A DNA stretch of 64,000 bases from Candidatus Babeliales bacterium (lineage in GTDB: Bacteria > Babelota > Babeliae > Babelales > JANWKD01): contig OY969622.1 of assembly GCA_963701665.1 (NCBI GenBank), forward strand, positions 448,001 to 512,000. Direction: 5' to 3'. The notes under the pieces are model-generated. The model had not been told where the DNA came from, made no database searches, and saw nothing but the letters and a program-made list of their open reading frames with translations. Of the stretch, positions 32,189 to 41,792 are shown piece after piece. The stretch's first letter is position 1, and the number at the start of each line of letters is the position of its first letter. A program made the translations under genes and the position numbers.

Positions 32189-33361
32189 ATGACAAGTATC
32201 CAAAAATTAATTATAGTGACCAAGTATTCAATCTCTTATGTGGCCCTCATCATGATACTAGATCGTCGTTATCTTCGTTATTTTGATTGGATGAGCTTTA
32301 TCTTAACCTGTATTTTAGCGCTTATAGGTCTGATGCTCATCTATTCGGCAACCTATAAGCCGGATCAGCCCTATTCAATTTTTTTTAAGAAACAGGCTTG
32401 GGGTATAGGTTCTGGGCTCCTTATTTATGCCGTTTTTTGCAGTTTTCACTACCGTACACTCTGTCGTTGGGGGTATTTTCTCTATTGGATAGTCGTCGGG
32501 CTTCTTTTCTTCACCCTCATTAAAGGAACGGTGGGTATGGGCGCGCAGCGATGGGTTAACCTCTTTTTCATCAGATTTCAGCCATCAGAACTCGCCAAGC
32601 TGTTTTTCCCTGCCTATTTGACCTACTATTTTTATACGCTAAAAAAATTTCCAGAAGTGGTTTTTAAAGACTTTATACCGCTTTTCATGATGCTTGGGGT
32701 AAGTTTTCTTTTTATATTGAAACAGCCAGATCTTGGGACGGCTCTGCTCATTCTATTTTCGGGTTTGTTATTAATGTGGTTTGTAGGTATGCCATCGCGG
32801 TTTTTCACCATACTTTTTTGTCTTCTTTTGTGCACAGCCCCACTCACGTGGCATCTGCTCAAGCCGTATCAACAAAAAAGAATCGCAGTCTTTTTAGGCG
32901 AAGGAGAAATGTATAAAGAGCGGTATCAAATTGAACAATCTAAAATTGCGATTGGATCAGGAGGATTATTTGGTAAAGGCTTTCTAAAAGGTACTCAAAA
33001 TAAATTTATGTTTTTGCCGGAAAGCCGAACGGATTTTATTTTTTCTGTCGCATGTGAAGAATTTGGTTTTATCGGCGCGCTGTTTATAATACTTCTTTTT
33101 GTTGCTCTCTTTTGGCGCTCGTGTGTTGTCATTATGAGTATACAAAATATTAGTGCTCAACTGCTGGCGATTGGACTTTTATTGCACGTTGTGCTTTCGA
33201 TGCTGATCAATAGTGCCATGGTGCTTGGCTTGTTGCCAATCGTGGGAATTCCGCTTCCCTTCATCAGTTATGGCATAACGAATTTATGGATTAATTTTGC
33301 AAGCCTTGGTTGGTTAAACGGAATCGCTATGCGCCGGTTTGATATGGGAACCGGGGTTTGA
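32189..33361 (+). CDS. rodA: Rod shape-determining protein RodA (SEDS family)
   Basis: GAQRW, FQPSELAKL, KQPDLGT, SKIAIGSGG, FLPESRTDFIFS, GIPLPFISYG; true start may be slightly downstream. Confidence 0.93.
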   Translation: MTSIQKLIIVTKYSISYVALIMILDRRYLRYFDWMSFILTCILALIGLMLIYSATYKPDQPYSIFFKKQAWGIGSGLLIYAVFCSFHYRTLCRWGYFLYWIVVGLLFFTLIKGTVGMGAQRWVNLFFIRFQPSELAKLFFPAYLTYYFYTLKKFPEVVFKDFIPLFMMLGVSFLFILKQPDLGTALLILFSGLLLMWFVGMPSRFFTILFCLLLCTAPLTWHLLKPYQQKRIAVFLGEGEMYKERYQIEQSKIAIGSGGLFGKGFLKGTQNKFMFLPESRTDFIFSVACEEFGFIGALFIILLFVALFWRSCVVIMSIQNISAQLLAIGLLLHVVLSMLINSAMVLGLLPIVGIPLPFISYGITNLWINFASLGWLNGIAMRRFDMGTGV

Positions 33362-33424
33362 ACAATAAAATTATTTCTCTCTTTAATTGTAATGTAGCAT
33401 TTATTTTGATTGGATGAGGGCTCG

Positions 33425-33988
33425 CTATTGTGTATACCGGTTAAGTAAAGCAACGCAAGTAGAAACACTTGCAGAAGCTATTGGAACAAAGAAAGGAGCT
33501 CTTGAAGTATAGTTATCAAATATTAGGTGTAAAGTATCATCAGCATCTTTAGCATTGCTAGTTCTATCATCAGGCGTCTGGAAAAATCGATTACGACGAA
33601 TTTTTTTTCCTAACGAAACGCCTAGCGTAGCAGCACTATGTTCAACTACGACGAATGCTTTTACTGCAACATCACTTGCTAGTAGTAAAATAAAGTCATT
33701 TTTACTGAGTTTAGGCCAAGACCCACATTGTGCGGCTGCGACAACTGGCAAGGCAAAAAGAGCACTAAATGCCATGCTTTTGTAGATGCTGCAACGTTTT
33801 TGCGGGTCGAAATATTTATTTATGGTATTGGTGGCAATGGCAAATGTTGCCCCTGATGCTGCGCTTGCTCCTATGATAAGAGCAGATGTAATTACTCTAT
33901 CTTGTACTGTTGGACTTATTAATTCCATGCAATGTGTTTTGTTGATAAACAGAGTGAGTAATATTACATAAAGTGTTTTTTGATTCAT
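33425..33988 (-). CDS. Hypothetical secreted/membrane protein
   Basis: Signal peptide ending THC|MELIS; hydrophobic segments. Confidence 0.55.
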   Translation of the reverse strand: MNQKTLYVILLTLFINKTHCMELISPTVQDRVITSALIIGASAASGATFAIATNTINKYFDPQKRCSIYKSMAFSALFALPVVAAAQCGSWPKLSKNDFILLLASDVAVKAFVVVEHSAATLGVSLGKKIRRNRFFQTPDDRTSNAKDADDTLHLIFDNYTSRAPFFVPIASASVSTCVALLNRYTQ

Positions 33989-34151
33989 AATGCATCTTTT
34001 GTCAAAAAAATAGAAATAATTTTACCTAATTTTAATGTGTTTATGCACAAAAATCTATTTTTGTGCAGCCGTAGACTTTATCACCAAAAAAAATTAGAGT
34101 GATGATACCAAAAAAAATTCTCTGTAAAACCCTTGATGAGCCAATTCTCCT

Positions 34152-35177
34152 ATGGAAGAAATCACCGCAGTCAGTCTTTTAATGCAACAAGAAACTCCCG
34201 AAGAGCAACTGCATAATTTTGTGCCTAAAACATTTGATGACTATTTAGGGCAAGAAGAGCTTAAAAAAAAATTAGGCGTTTATACGCAAGCTGCTAAAAT
34301 GCGCGGTGAAGCGCTCGATCATTTGTTGCTTTTTGGCCCTCCAGGATTAGGAAAAACAACACTCGCTCAAATTATGGCGCACGTTATGGGCGTGGGCATA
34401 AAAATTTGCAGTGGCCCGATGCTCGAGCGCACGGGTGATTTGGTCGCGCTTTTGACAAGTCTTGAACCGCGCGACATTTTTTTTGTTGATGAAATTCATC
34501 GCATGCCAACTAACGTGGAAGAAGTGCTCTATAGCGCCATGGAACATTTCCGCGTTGATGTCATTATTGGCCAAGGCGCTGGCGCAAAATCAATTAATTT
34601 ACCCATTAATCCGTTTACCCTCGTTGGTGCAACAACCAAAAGTGGTATGCTTTCTGCCCCGTTGCGCAGCCGTTTTGGCATTATTGAGCGCTTAGATTTT
34701 TATACCGATGATGAATTACAAAAAATTGTGCTCCAAAACGCCGCGTTTTTAGAACTCTCGATTTCACCCGAAGCTGCGTTGCTTATTGCTAAGTCTTCGC
34801 GCGGCACGCCGAGAACGGCAAAAAAAATTGTGCGGCGCGTACGTGATTATGCCCAAGTCGCTCATCTAAAAAATGCGAGTGATGCGCTTGTGCTGCAGGC
34901 GTTAGAATTTCTTGGCATTAATGAAGAAGGGTTGAGTACCGTTGATATCATGATCCTGCGCAAGATCGTGGAAAATTTCAATGGTGGGCCCGTGGGTTTG
35001 GAAACCCTCGCTGCTTTGCTTGGCGAAGATAAAGAGACGCTCGAGGAAGTTTATGAGCCTTTTCTTATGCGCCAAGGCTATTTAGAAAAAACGGCTCGTG
35101 GTCGACAAATTCCCCATAAAATGTTACCTTTTTTAAAACAAAAGTTTTTTGGCCAAAAGACATTGTTAAACTTGTAG
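34152..35177 (+). CDS. ruvB: Holliday junction helicase RuvB
   Basis: GPPGLGKTTLA, DEIHR, GATT, PLRSRFG, GGPVGLETLA, YEPFL. Confidence 0.97.
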   Translation: MEEITAVSLLMQQETPEEQLHNFVPKTFDDYLGQEELKKKLGVYTQAAKMRGEALDHLLLFGPPGLGKTTLAQIMAHVMGVGIKICSGPMLERTGDLVALLTSLEPRDIFFVDEIHRMPTNVEEVLYSAMEHFRVDVIIGQGAGAKSINLPINPFTLVGATTKSGMLSAPLRSRFGIIERLDFYTDDELQKIVLQNAAFLELSISPEAALLIAKSSRGTPRTAKKIVRRVRDYAQVAHLKNASDALVLQALEFLGINEEGLSTVDIMILRKIVENFNGGPVGLETLAALLGEDKETLEEVYEPFLMRQGYLEKTARGRQIPHKMLPFLKQKFFGQKTLLNL

Positions 35178-35186
35178 GAGACAAGA

Positions 35187-35900
35187 ATGTCAGGACATTC
35201 CAAATGGGCGACGATTAAGAGAAAAAAAGCCGTACTCGATTCAAAGCGGGGAAAAGAATTTACTAAATTAATCAAAGAAATTACCGTAGCCGCTCGACTA
35301 GGTGGCGGAGATCCCGCGGCAAACCCTCGTTTGCGTTTATTGCTTGAAAAAGCGAGGGAGATCAACATGCCGCTCGACAACACAGCGCGTGCCATCAAAC
35401 GTGGAACGGGTGAAATGCCTGGTATGCAGTATGAAGAGCAAAGCTATGAAGGGTATGGTCCTTTTGGTACTGCGGTTGTCGTTGATGCATTAACCGACAA
35501 TAAAAATCGCACTGTTGCCGAGTTGCGCAGAATATTTACAAGTTCAGGCGGTTCGCTCGCTGAAACAGGATCAGTAAACTGGATGTTTGCACGTATGGGC
35601 GTCATTCAAGTGAGTGGGACCACATCGGAAGATTCGTTACTTGAGATGCTGCTTGATTATGATATTAAAGATATTTCCTATGATGGTGAAATGTTCAGCA
35701 TTACCTGTGACCCTAAAATAGTTGATAAAATTAAAAACATTTTACAACAACATGGGCTTAAGGTAGTAAAAGCTGATGTTGAATGGGTTGCACAAAATAC
35801 CGTTGCACTTTCGCCAGAACAAGAAGAAAAAGCCTACGAATTTCTAAGTTCGCTTGAAGATCATGAGGACGTGCAAAATGTTTACACCAATTTAGCTTGA
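35187..35900 (+). CDS. yebC: YebC/PmpR family protein
   Basis: MSGHSKWATIK, YEGYGPFG, TDNKNRT, DVQNVYTN. Confidence 0.95.
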   Translation: MSGHSKWATIKRKKAVLDSKRGKEFTKLIKEITVAARLGGGDPAANPRLRLLLEKAREINMPLDNTARAIKRGTGEMPGMQYEEQSYEGYGPFGTAVVVDALTDNKNRTVAELRRIFTSSGGSLAETGSVNWMFARMGVIQVSGTTSEDSLLEMLLDYDIKDISYDGEMFSITCDPKIVDKIKNILQQHGLKVVKADVEWVAQNTVALSPEQEEKAYEFLSSLEDHEDVQNVYTNLA

Positions 35901-35910
35901 AGGATACTGC

Positions 35911-36804
35911 GTGATACGAAGCATGACGGGGTTTGCTCATAAAGTTATTGAATTACCATTGCATGACGGCAACAAAGCATATTTATCGTTAATGCTCAAA
36001 TCACTGAACTCTCGTTTTTTTGAGACTACCTGCAAAATTCCTTATGCATTACAGTCTATGGAAGTAGAATTCATTAGATTATTTAAAGAACTTCTCTTCC
36101 GCGGTAAAATCACTTTTACTATTGCGATGCAGAATCCTACCGTATTTAAAGGTCCCGTTGAACCAGCTACTCACATTGTTCAAAGTTATCTCACCGCAAT
36201 AGATCATATTCAAAAAACGTTCTCGATTCCTGGTGAAGTGACCCTCGAAAATCTTATTACCTTGCCTAACGTATTTTCTGAAGGTGAAGTTAATATTGAA
36301 GAAGCAACACAAGAACAAATGCTTGATGTTGTGCGTGCCTTGACGCTTGAGTTGATAACAGCACAAGAAGAAGAGGGGGCATCGTTACAACGTGATATTG
36401 AAGCTCGGTGTGCCATTTTAGCAGAACAAATATTCAGTATTGAACAAACGTCTTCATCATTATTTGAGCAACGTAAAACCATGATTGCTACAAAGCTAGG
36501 TGAGCTTGATCAGCAGCAAACCGATGTTGTTGAATTGCGACGCACGCAACTTTATTATGATCTTGAACGTATGGATATTCATGAAGAAATCGTTCGTTTT
36601 AAAAGTCATCTTCAAGCGCTCAAAGCAATTATACATTCGCAGGATATTGAAAAAGGAAGGCGCGTCGATTTTACTCTGCAAGAACTGATGCGCGAAGTGA
36701 ATACTATTGCCGCAAAATGTTCTGATGCAAGTATCAGCACACACGCTATTACGATAAAAATCGAATTAGAAAAAATTAGAGAGCAAGCACAAAATATTGT
36801 TTAA
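35911..36804 (+). CDS. yicC: YicC/YloC family endoribonuclease
   Basis: MIRSMTGF, SLNSRF, DIHEEIVR, GRRVDFTLQELMREVNTI, EKIREQAQNI. Confidence 0.92.
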   Translation: MIRSMTGFAHKVIELPLHDGNKAYLSLMLKSLNSRFFETTCKIPYALQSMEVEFIRLFKELLFRGKITFTIAMQNPTVFKGPVEPATHIVQSYLTAIDHIQKTFSIPGEVTLENLITLPNVFSEGEVNIEEATQEQMLDVVRALTLELITAQEEEGASLQRDIEARCAILAEQIFSIEQTSSSLFEQRKTMIATKLGELDQQQTDVVELRRTQLYYDLERMDIHEEIVRFKSHLQALKAIIHSQDIEKGRRVDFTLQELMREVNTIAAKCSDASISTHAITIKIELEKIREQAQNIV

Positions 36805-36876
36805 GAAGCTTTTGTTTGATTACACTTTAAAAGAAGTTGACTTAAGTTCGGTTATATTTGTGCCGCGCAGAGTAAC

Positions 36877-36996
36877 ATTGGAAACAAAATTGTCATTGCG
36901 AGCGCAAGCGTGGCAATCCAATTATAAAATTAGTTCCTTTAAGGATTAATTAAAGTTTGGATCCCCACGGCTAAAGCCTCGGGATGACATTTTGTT
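36877..36996 (+). repeat. GTCAT...ATGAC repeat, copy 2
   Basis: Near identical to copy 1; terminal inverted repeat AACAAAATTGTCAT ... ATGACATTTTGTT. Confidence 0.9.
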
Positions 36997-37044
36997 AGTC
37001 GTGAGTTTATATCGAACGCATGTAAATTTTTTAAGGGGGATATC

Positions 37045-38547
37045 ATGCAAAAGAAACTAGCAATATCATTTTTTTTGTGCCTTTTTTCTATGCCACTCCG
37101 GGCAATTAAGGAATGTGATGAAGCTATAGATGAAATTGAGCAAAAGATAATTAACAATATCATCGAATATCAACGCTCGATTGCGCCTGAAGGAAGCGAG
37201 CAGCTCACAAGAAGTTGTCTTTTCCAAACACAGATTACTCAATTTAACATACCATTCGTGATTTCGACACCGGGGTATTATTGTGTTACACCCCAAACAA
37301 TTTTGAGTGCGTTGCAGACAGGGCAAAATGCAACATCCTCGAGCATCAATTCGCAAAGCCTTAACCAAACTAATCCAGTCAACGTAGTGGGACAGAATGT
37401 ATTCCTTCCTATAACCACAACCGGACAGAATACATTTCAAGTTGCTCAACCTTCTTTGCAAACGATTAACTATTCCACGGTGAATGGTCATCTGATAACG
37501 AATTATCAAAATTTGACCAATCAACAACAACAAGTATTAGCGCAACAGCAAATCAGTGGCCTTAATCTTACCGTGAATGATTTTCAAAAAGTAGCAATAA
37601 CGGTAAACAGCAATGATGTCATTATTGATTTAAATGGTAATGAAATTATTGGTATTGGTAGTGTCAACACATCAGGGATTAACGTGAATGGGTTTGTTAA
37701 TGTTTCTATTAGGAATGGTACGATTCGTAATATGATCAATAATGGTATCACGATCTTAAATAACAATACGACAGCCCAAAGTAATCGGAATATTATTATA
37801 AGAAATATAACGTTTTATAATAATACTCTTGGGCTATCGATGACGGGTGGCGTCGATGCTATTATATCTGCAAATGATGCTTATTTTAATAACGGTACCG
37901 GTTTTGTATTAAATAATAATACAAATGCCATTATTGATAACTGCACAAGCAGCAATAATCTCGGCGGAGGTTTTGTAACGACAAGTAATATTGGTATGCA
38001 ATTTATAAATTGTACGGCGAATAATAATGGTGCTGGAGGTTTTGCAAATACATTTCTTATAGAAAGTGAATTTCAGAATTGTACAAGCAATGAAAATAAT
38101 TTGAACGGGTTTAGTGTTATTCCTGGCACTTCGCAAAGTACCAATGTTAATTTTAGTAACAGCGTTGCGCATGATAATACTCTAAGCGGATTTTTGATTA
38201 ACGGCAATGCAATTACGCTTGAGGATTGTAAAGCGAATCTTAACACAAATGGTTTTCAAATTTTTAGTACTAATAATGTGCTGCTTAATTGTATTGCTCA
38301 AGGCAATATAAGCAATGGCATTTTATTAAGCGCCGCAGCAGCGGGCAATCCAGTAAGTTCAAATTCCCAAGTACGGAGTAATACGGTAACGAATAATGGT
38401 AATGGCATTAACAATCAAGGCACTACAAATCATATTTACAGTAATTTTGCTAGTAACAACACAAATGATTATGTAAACGTGCCCAACGTTGCTATATCGC
38501 CAGTTCCTGCAGCACCTATTAATTTTACTACCAATATTGCTGAATGA
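37045..38547 (+). CDS. Secreted right-handed parallel beta-helix repeat protein
   Basis: Signal peptide; ISTPGYYCVT, NDVIIDLNG, many I.NC.A.NN..GF repeats. Confidence 0.8.
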   Translation: MQKKLAISFFLCLFSMPLRAIKECDEAIDEIEQKIINNIIEYQRSIAPEGSEQLTRSCLFQTQITQFNIPFVISTPGYYCVTPQTILSALQTGQNATSSSINSQSLNQTNPVNVVGQNVFLPITTTGQNTFQVAQPSLQTINYSTVNGHLITNYQNLTNQQQQVLAQQQISGLNLTVNDFQKVAITVNSNDVIIDLNGNEIIGIGSVNTSGINVNGFVNVSIRNGTIRNMINNGITILNNNTTAQSNRNIIIRNITFYNNTLGLSMTGGVDAIISANDAYFNNGTGFVLNNNTNAIIDNCTSSNNLGGGFVTTSNIGMQFINCTANNNGAGGFANTFLIESEFQNCTSNENNLNGFSVIPGTSQSTNVNFSNSVAHDNTLSGFLINGNAITLEDCKANLNTNGFQIFSTNNVLLNCIAQGNISNGILLSAAAAGNPVSSNSQVRSNTVTNNGNGINNQGTTNHIYSNFASNNTNDYVNVPNVAISPVPAAPINFTTNIAE

Positions 38548-38587
38548 GCCTTAATGAGAATTCGATACAAACCGCACAACCAGCAAG

Positions 38588-38700
38588 AATGTCTTCCCGA
38601 GGCTTTAGCCGTGGGGATCCAGAATTTTAGTAAATTCCTTAAAGGAACTAATCTTATAAACTGGGTTGCCACGCTTCGCTCGCAATGACAATTTTGTTTT
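38588..38700 (-). repeat. GTCAT...ATGAC repeat, copy 3 (inverted)
   Basis: CCCGAGGCTTTAGCCGTGGGGATCC ... TTGCCACGCTTCGCTCGCAATGACAATTTTGTT is the reverse complement of copies 1 and 2. Confidence 0.9.
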
Positions 38701-38758
38701 TTTATGGTGAAATTTTGTATGCTGTATCTGTACAGAACGGGTACAATAGATTAGTGTT

Positions 38759-39604
38759 GTGAACGGCATGCAGGTGGTCAAAGCGGTATTTTTATGCATA
38801 CTTGGTTTTTCCTTTTTAACGCAAACATTGGTATGCCACGCTTACGTAAAAAAACAAAAAAAACATCCGTGCACGTATGAGCAAAAAAGAGGTACTCCTA
38901 TTTCAGATTTTGTTGGCGGCATCATTATAGATGCCGCATCTCTTTTGCGCAATCTTTTTTCAGTCAGCTCTGCAAAAGTGCTTACGGGTTTTACGCCGCT
39001 GTATGTATTGACTCGCATGCACGATGAAAGAGTTCAAAAGCATTTTTATGATGAATGCCATCACCATAATATTAATCAACTTCCCCAGCACTGTCATAAC
39101 ATTGCCCATTATGGCGTTGGCTTTCCTATGGTTGCACTTTCCAGTCTTGCAATTTTTGCCAATGATGAAGATTTACGCTTGACCGCGCGTATGTTTGCGA
39201 TCGGGTTACCGTTCGTACATTCGGGAAAAGACATTATTAAAAAATTACGGTTTAAAGCATGCTTGCGTCCATGGCACGAGAATTATAGTCGCCATGCGCG
39301 ATCTTCGGGAGGATTTCCCTCAGGTCATATGGCAAATGTAGTGTACATGGCGACATTATTTGGTATGCGTCATGGCCCTGCATGGGGAATTCCCTTAGGA
39401 TTATTTGCAAGTTTTGTGTTTGCTGATTTTTTAAATTGCAATCGCCATTATCTTTCACAATTAGTCGCAGGAGCGGGACTCGGTGTGATTTTTGCAGTTG
39501 CTGCAAGCAAGGTTGTTGATAAAAAATTAGCAGAACGATATTCTTTTTCATGCGGTGTAGATTCCCAAGGGGCACCATGTGCACAATTTTGTTATAGATT
39601 TTGA
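38759..39604 (+). CDS. PAP2 superfamily phosphatase
   Basis: K......RP, FPSGH, RHYLSQLVAGAGLG motifs. Confidence 0.8.
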   Translation: MNGMQVVKAVFLCILGFSFLTQTLVCHAYVKKQKKHPCTYEQKRGTPISDFVGGIIIDAASLLRNLFSVSSAKVLTGFTPLYVLTRMHDERVQKHFYDECHHHNINQLPQHCHNIAHYGVGFPMVALSSLAIFANDEDLRLTARMFAIGLPFVHSGKDIIKKLRFKACLRPWHENYSRHARSSGGFPSGHMANVVYMATLFGMRHGPAWGIPLGLFASFVFADFLNCNRHYLSQLVAGAGLGVIFAVAASKVVDKKLAERYSFSCGVDSQGAPCAQFCYRF

Positions 39605-39620
39605 AACTGCAAAGGATTAT

Positions 39621-39986
39621 ATGAAAGCTTTTTCTTTGGATGATCTTAAAAAATTAGTATTTATGATTGGCTTTGCCTTTATTATTCCTTTTTTAGTAAT
39701 AAAAGGATTTTCTACTTTTTATGATAACGCCACGCTTGCTGAATATCGTCGTGCATGTTTTTATGCGGTAGGCACCATTGGCTTATTGTTTACTATTATG
39801 GGGATTGCATTACAAGTTAATTTTATAGGAGCAGGATTTATCTTAGGCGGCTTAATAACCTTATTGACCGGTATGCTCTATTCTTGGGCAGATTTTTCAA
39901 GCCTGGTGCAATTTATACTATTAATTGGATTATTTTTATTGCTGCTCGGTGGTTCTTACTTTGTGACTATAAAATCCAAAAAATGA
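39621..39986 (+). CDS. Small 4-TM membrane protein (paralog A)
   Basis: SLDDLKKLV..NFIGAGFILGGLIT; tandem paralog follows. Confidence 0.7.
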   Translation: MKAFSLDDLKKLVFMIGFAFIIPFLVIKGFSTFYDNATLAEYRRACFYAVGTIGLLFTIMGIALQVNFIGAGFILGGLITLLTGMLYSWADFSSLVQFILLIGLFLLLLGGSYFVTIKSKK

Positions 39987-40051
39987 TGTTAAGAAAAAAA
40001 TTATGAAGCGAGTATTGTTTTAGAGCAACCAAAAACGAGGAAGTAAGTAGT

Positions 40052-40417
40052 ATGAAGAATATGTCCCTTAATGATCTTAAAAAAGTTGTATTGATGCTTG
40101 GTTTTGCAGTCATTCTTCCTTTTTTAGTTTCAATAGGATTTGAAAGTATTAAAGGAGGTCCACAAAATACTGATTATCAAAAAGCATATTTTTATACAAC
40201 AACGGTATGCGGTATAATTTTTGCGTGTATTGGTATTTTTTTGCATATTAATTTTATTGGAGCAGGATTTATTTTAGGTGGCTTAATCACAATGATTTTC
40301 GGCATTATGCATACATGGAATGTGTTTTCAAGAACGATATCTTTTTTAATACTTCTAGGGGTGTTTTTGCTACTTCTTGCTGGCTCTTATTATGTTATTG
40401 TAAGATCAAGAAAGTAA
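40052..40417 (+). CDS. Small 4-TM membrane protein (paralog B)
   Basis: SLNDLKKVV..NFIGAGFILGGLIT. Confidence 0.7.
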   Translation: MKNMSLNDLKKVVLMLGFAVILPFLVSIGFESIKGGPQNTDYQKAYFYTTTVCGIIFACIGIFLHINFIGAGFILGGLITMIFGIMHTWNVFSRTISFLILLGVFLLLLAGSYYVIVRSRK

Positions 40418-40547
40418 TTTTTGTTCGATCGAAAAATATAACCTGCTCTCTTTGGTTGGCATTTCTATTTGATACTTTTAGAAAATTCTTTAATATAGAC
40501 ATTGTATAAAAAAATTAACAATAAGATGTCAATGTGAAAAGAATTAA

Positions 40548-41792
40548 ATGTACAATCTAATCAAAATCTCTTTTTTCGTGTGCTGTTTTATATCATCAAC
40601 GCACTGCATGAAGCAAGAGAGTGTTAAAAGAATATTTGATCATAAACAACAACAATTTGTAAAAGTCCCATCCCTCGTTGATAGAGCAGCCGATGTGTAT
40701 GTTGCATCGCAACTTGTGCCTGCCTGTAAACAGCTAAGTGGCGCGAATGTCGATACTTTAGGAAATGACATCATTCATCAAATTCCTTATGATCTAAGAC
40801 CATTAATGATTGGCAAACTATTAACTCAAGCGCCCGAGCATGGATGGAAAATTGGTTTTAAAGACAAAAAACCAAAAGAAGAAAAACAGCCTAGACTCAA
40901 AAAAGAGAATATAACGGATCACGATATTCAACAAAATATTTTAGTGAAATTGAGCGGAATCTATCATAATAAAAAAACTTTAACTTTTTATGCACATATT
41001 GAAGCAGTTAATAATAATGATGCTGAAACTCCTTATTGGACGGCCCTTCAAAAGATAGAAGATCTACGAGATTGTGTTTTTTCTCTTGATAAACGGATAT
41101 GTTTTACTTTGCAATCTGGCGGTAAAACAGTCAATGCCTATCAAAAAATGAATGGAACATATGAAGTTATCTCAATGATCCCCTTGGAAAGAGAAATGTT
41201 CCATTTATATTGCTTAGATCATGCTTTTTTAGTGGGAACGGGGCATGATGGTAAAGTTTTTGCTTGCGACATTAATACGGGCAAAACAATTGCATCATTT
41301 CAAGATTATCGAAATAAGTTCAATTATGCCTTTGATGTGCCTTATTCGTTAGTATTAGCATCAATTGCACGATCACATGATTATCAAAATCAAAGTCAAA
41401 AAAATCTTGAGAAGTTGCTTGCATCAAATTGCCTCAAGCTTGATGAAGATGAGCAGCTGAATGAATATAAAAAACAACTTATTGAAAAAACTAAAACTGC
41501 GATACGAAGAAGTGCAGTTGGTCTACGTTTCAGAAAATTTGTGCATGGGATTTCATGGAACTCTGGACTGGGTTTAGGTTTGCTTGGTTGGGGTACGAGT
41601 TCTCTTGTATTGTTTAAAATATTATCTCACGAGAATGCTGAAAAACCTTTTAATTATGCAGTTATGAGTGGCTTTTTGATGACTGGCGCTGTGGGATTTG
41701 CACTTACTCAAATTGCGGGTGTTGATAATTTTTCAGATCCAGATGAACGTTGGGTGCGAAAATCAAATTTCCCTGATAATTCTTGGCAGTAA
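40548..41792 (+). CDS. Hypothetical secreted protein, beta-propeller-like middle, two C-terminal TM segments
   Basis: Signal peptide THC|MKQE; VPSLVDRA; GHDGKVFACDINTGKTI WD-like blade. Confidence 0.55.
   Translation: MYNLIKISFFVCCFISSTHCMKQESVKRIFDHKQQQFVKVPSLVDRAADVYVASQLVPACKQLSGANVDTLGNDIIHQIPYDLRPLMIGKLLTQAPEHGWKIGFKDKKPKEEKQPRLKKENITDHDIQQNILVKLSGIYHNKKTLTFYAHIEAVNNNDAETPYWTALQKIEDLRDCVFSLDKRICFTLQSGGKTVNAYQKMNGTYEVISMIPLEREMFHLYCLDHAFLVGTGHDGKVFACDINTGKTIASFQDYRNKFNYAFDVPYSLVLASIARSHDYQNQSQKNLEKLLASNCLKLDEDEQLNEYKKQLIEKTKTAIRRSAVGLRFRKFVHGISWNSGLGLGLLGWGTSSLVLFKILSHENAEKPFNYAVMSGFLMTGAVGFALTQIAGVDNFSDPDERWVRKSNFPDNSWQ

Noticed and set aside
36939..38799. Short minus-strand ORFs overlapping the GTCAT repeats (36939-37163, 38469-38672, 38605-38799)
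   Set aside because: They are translations of repeat DNA or antisense to real genes.
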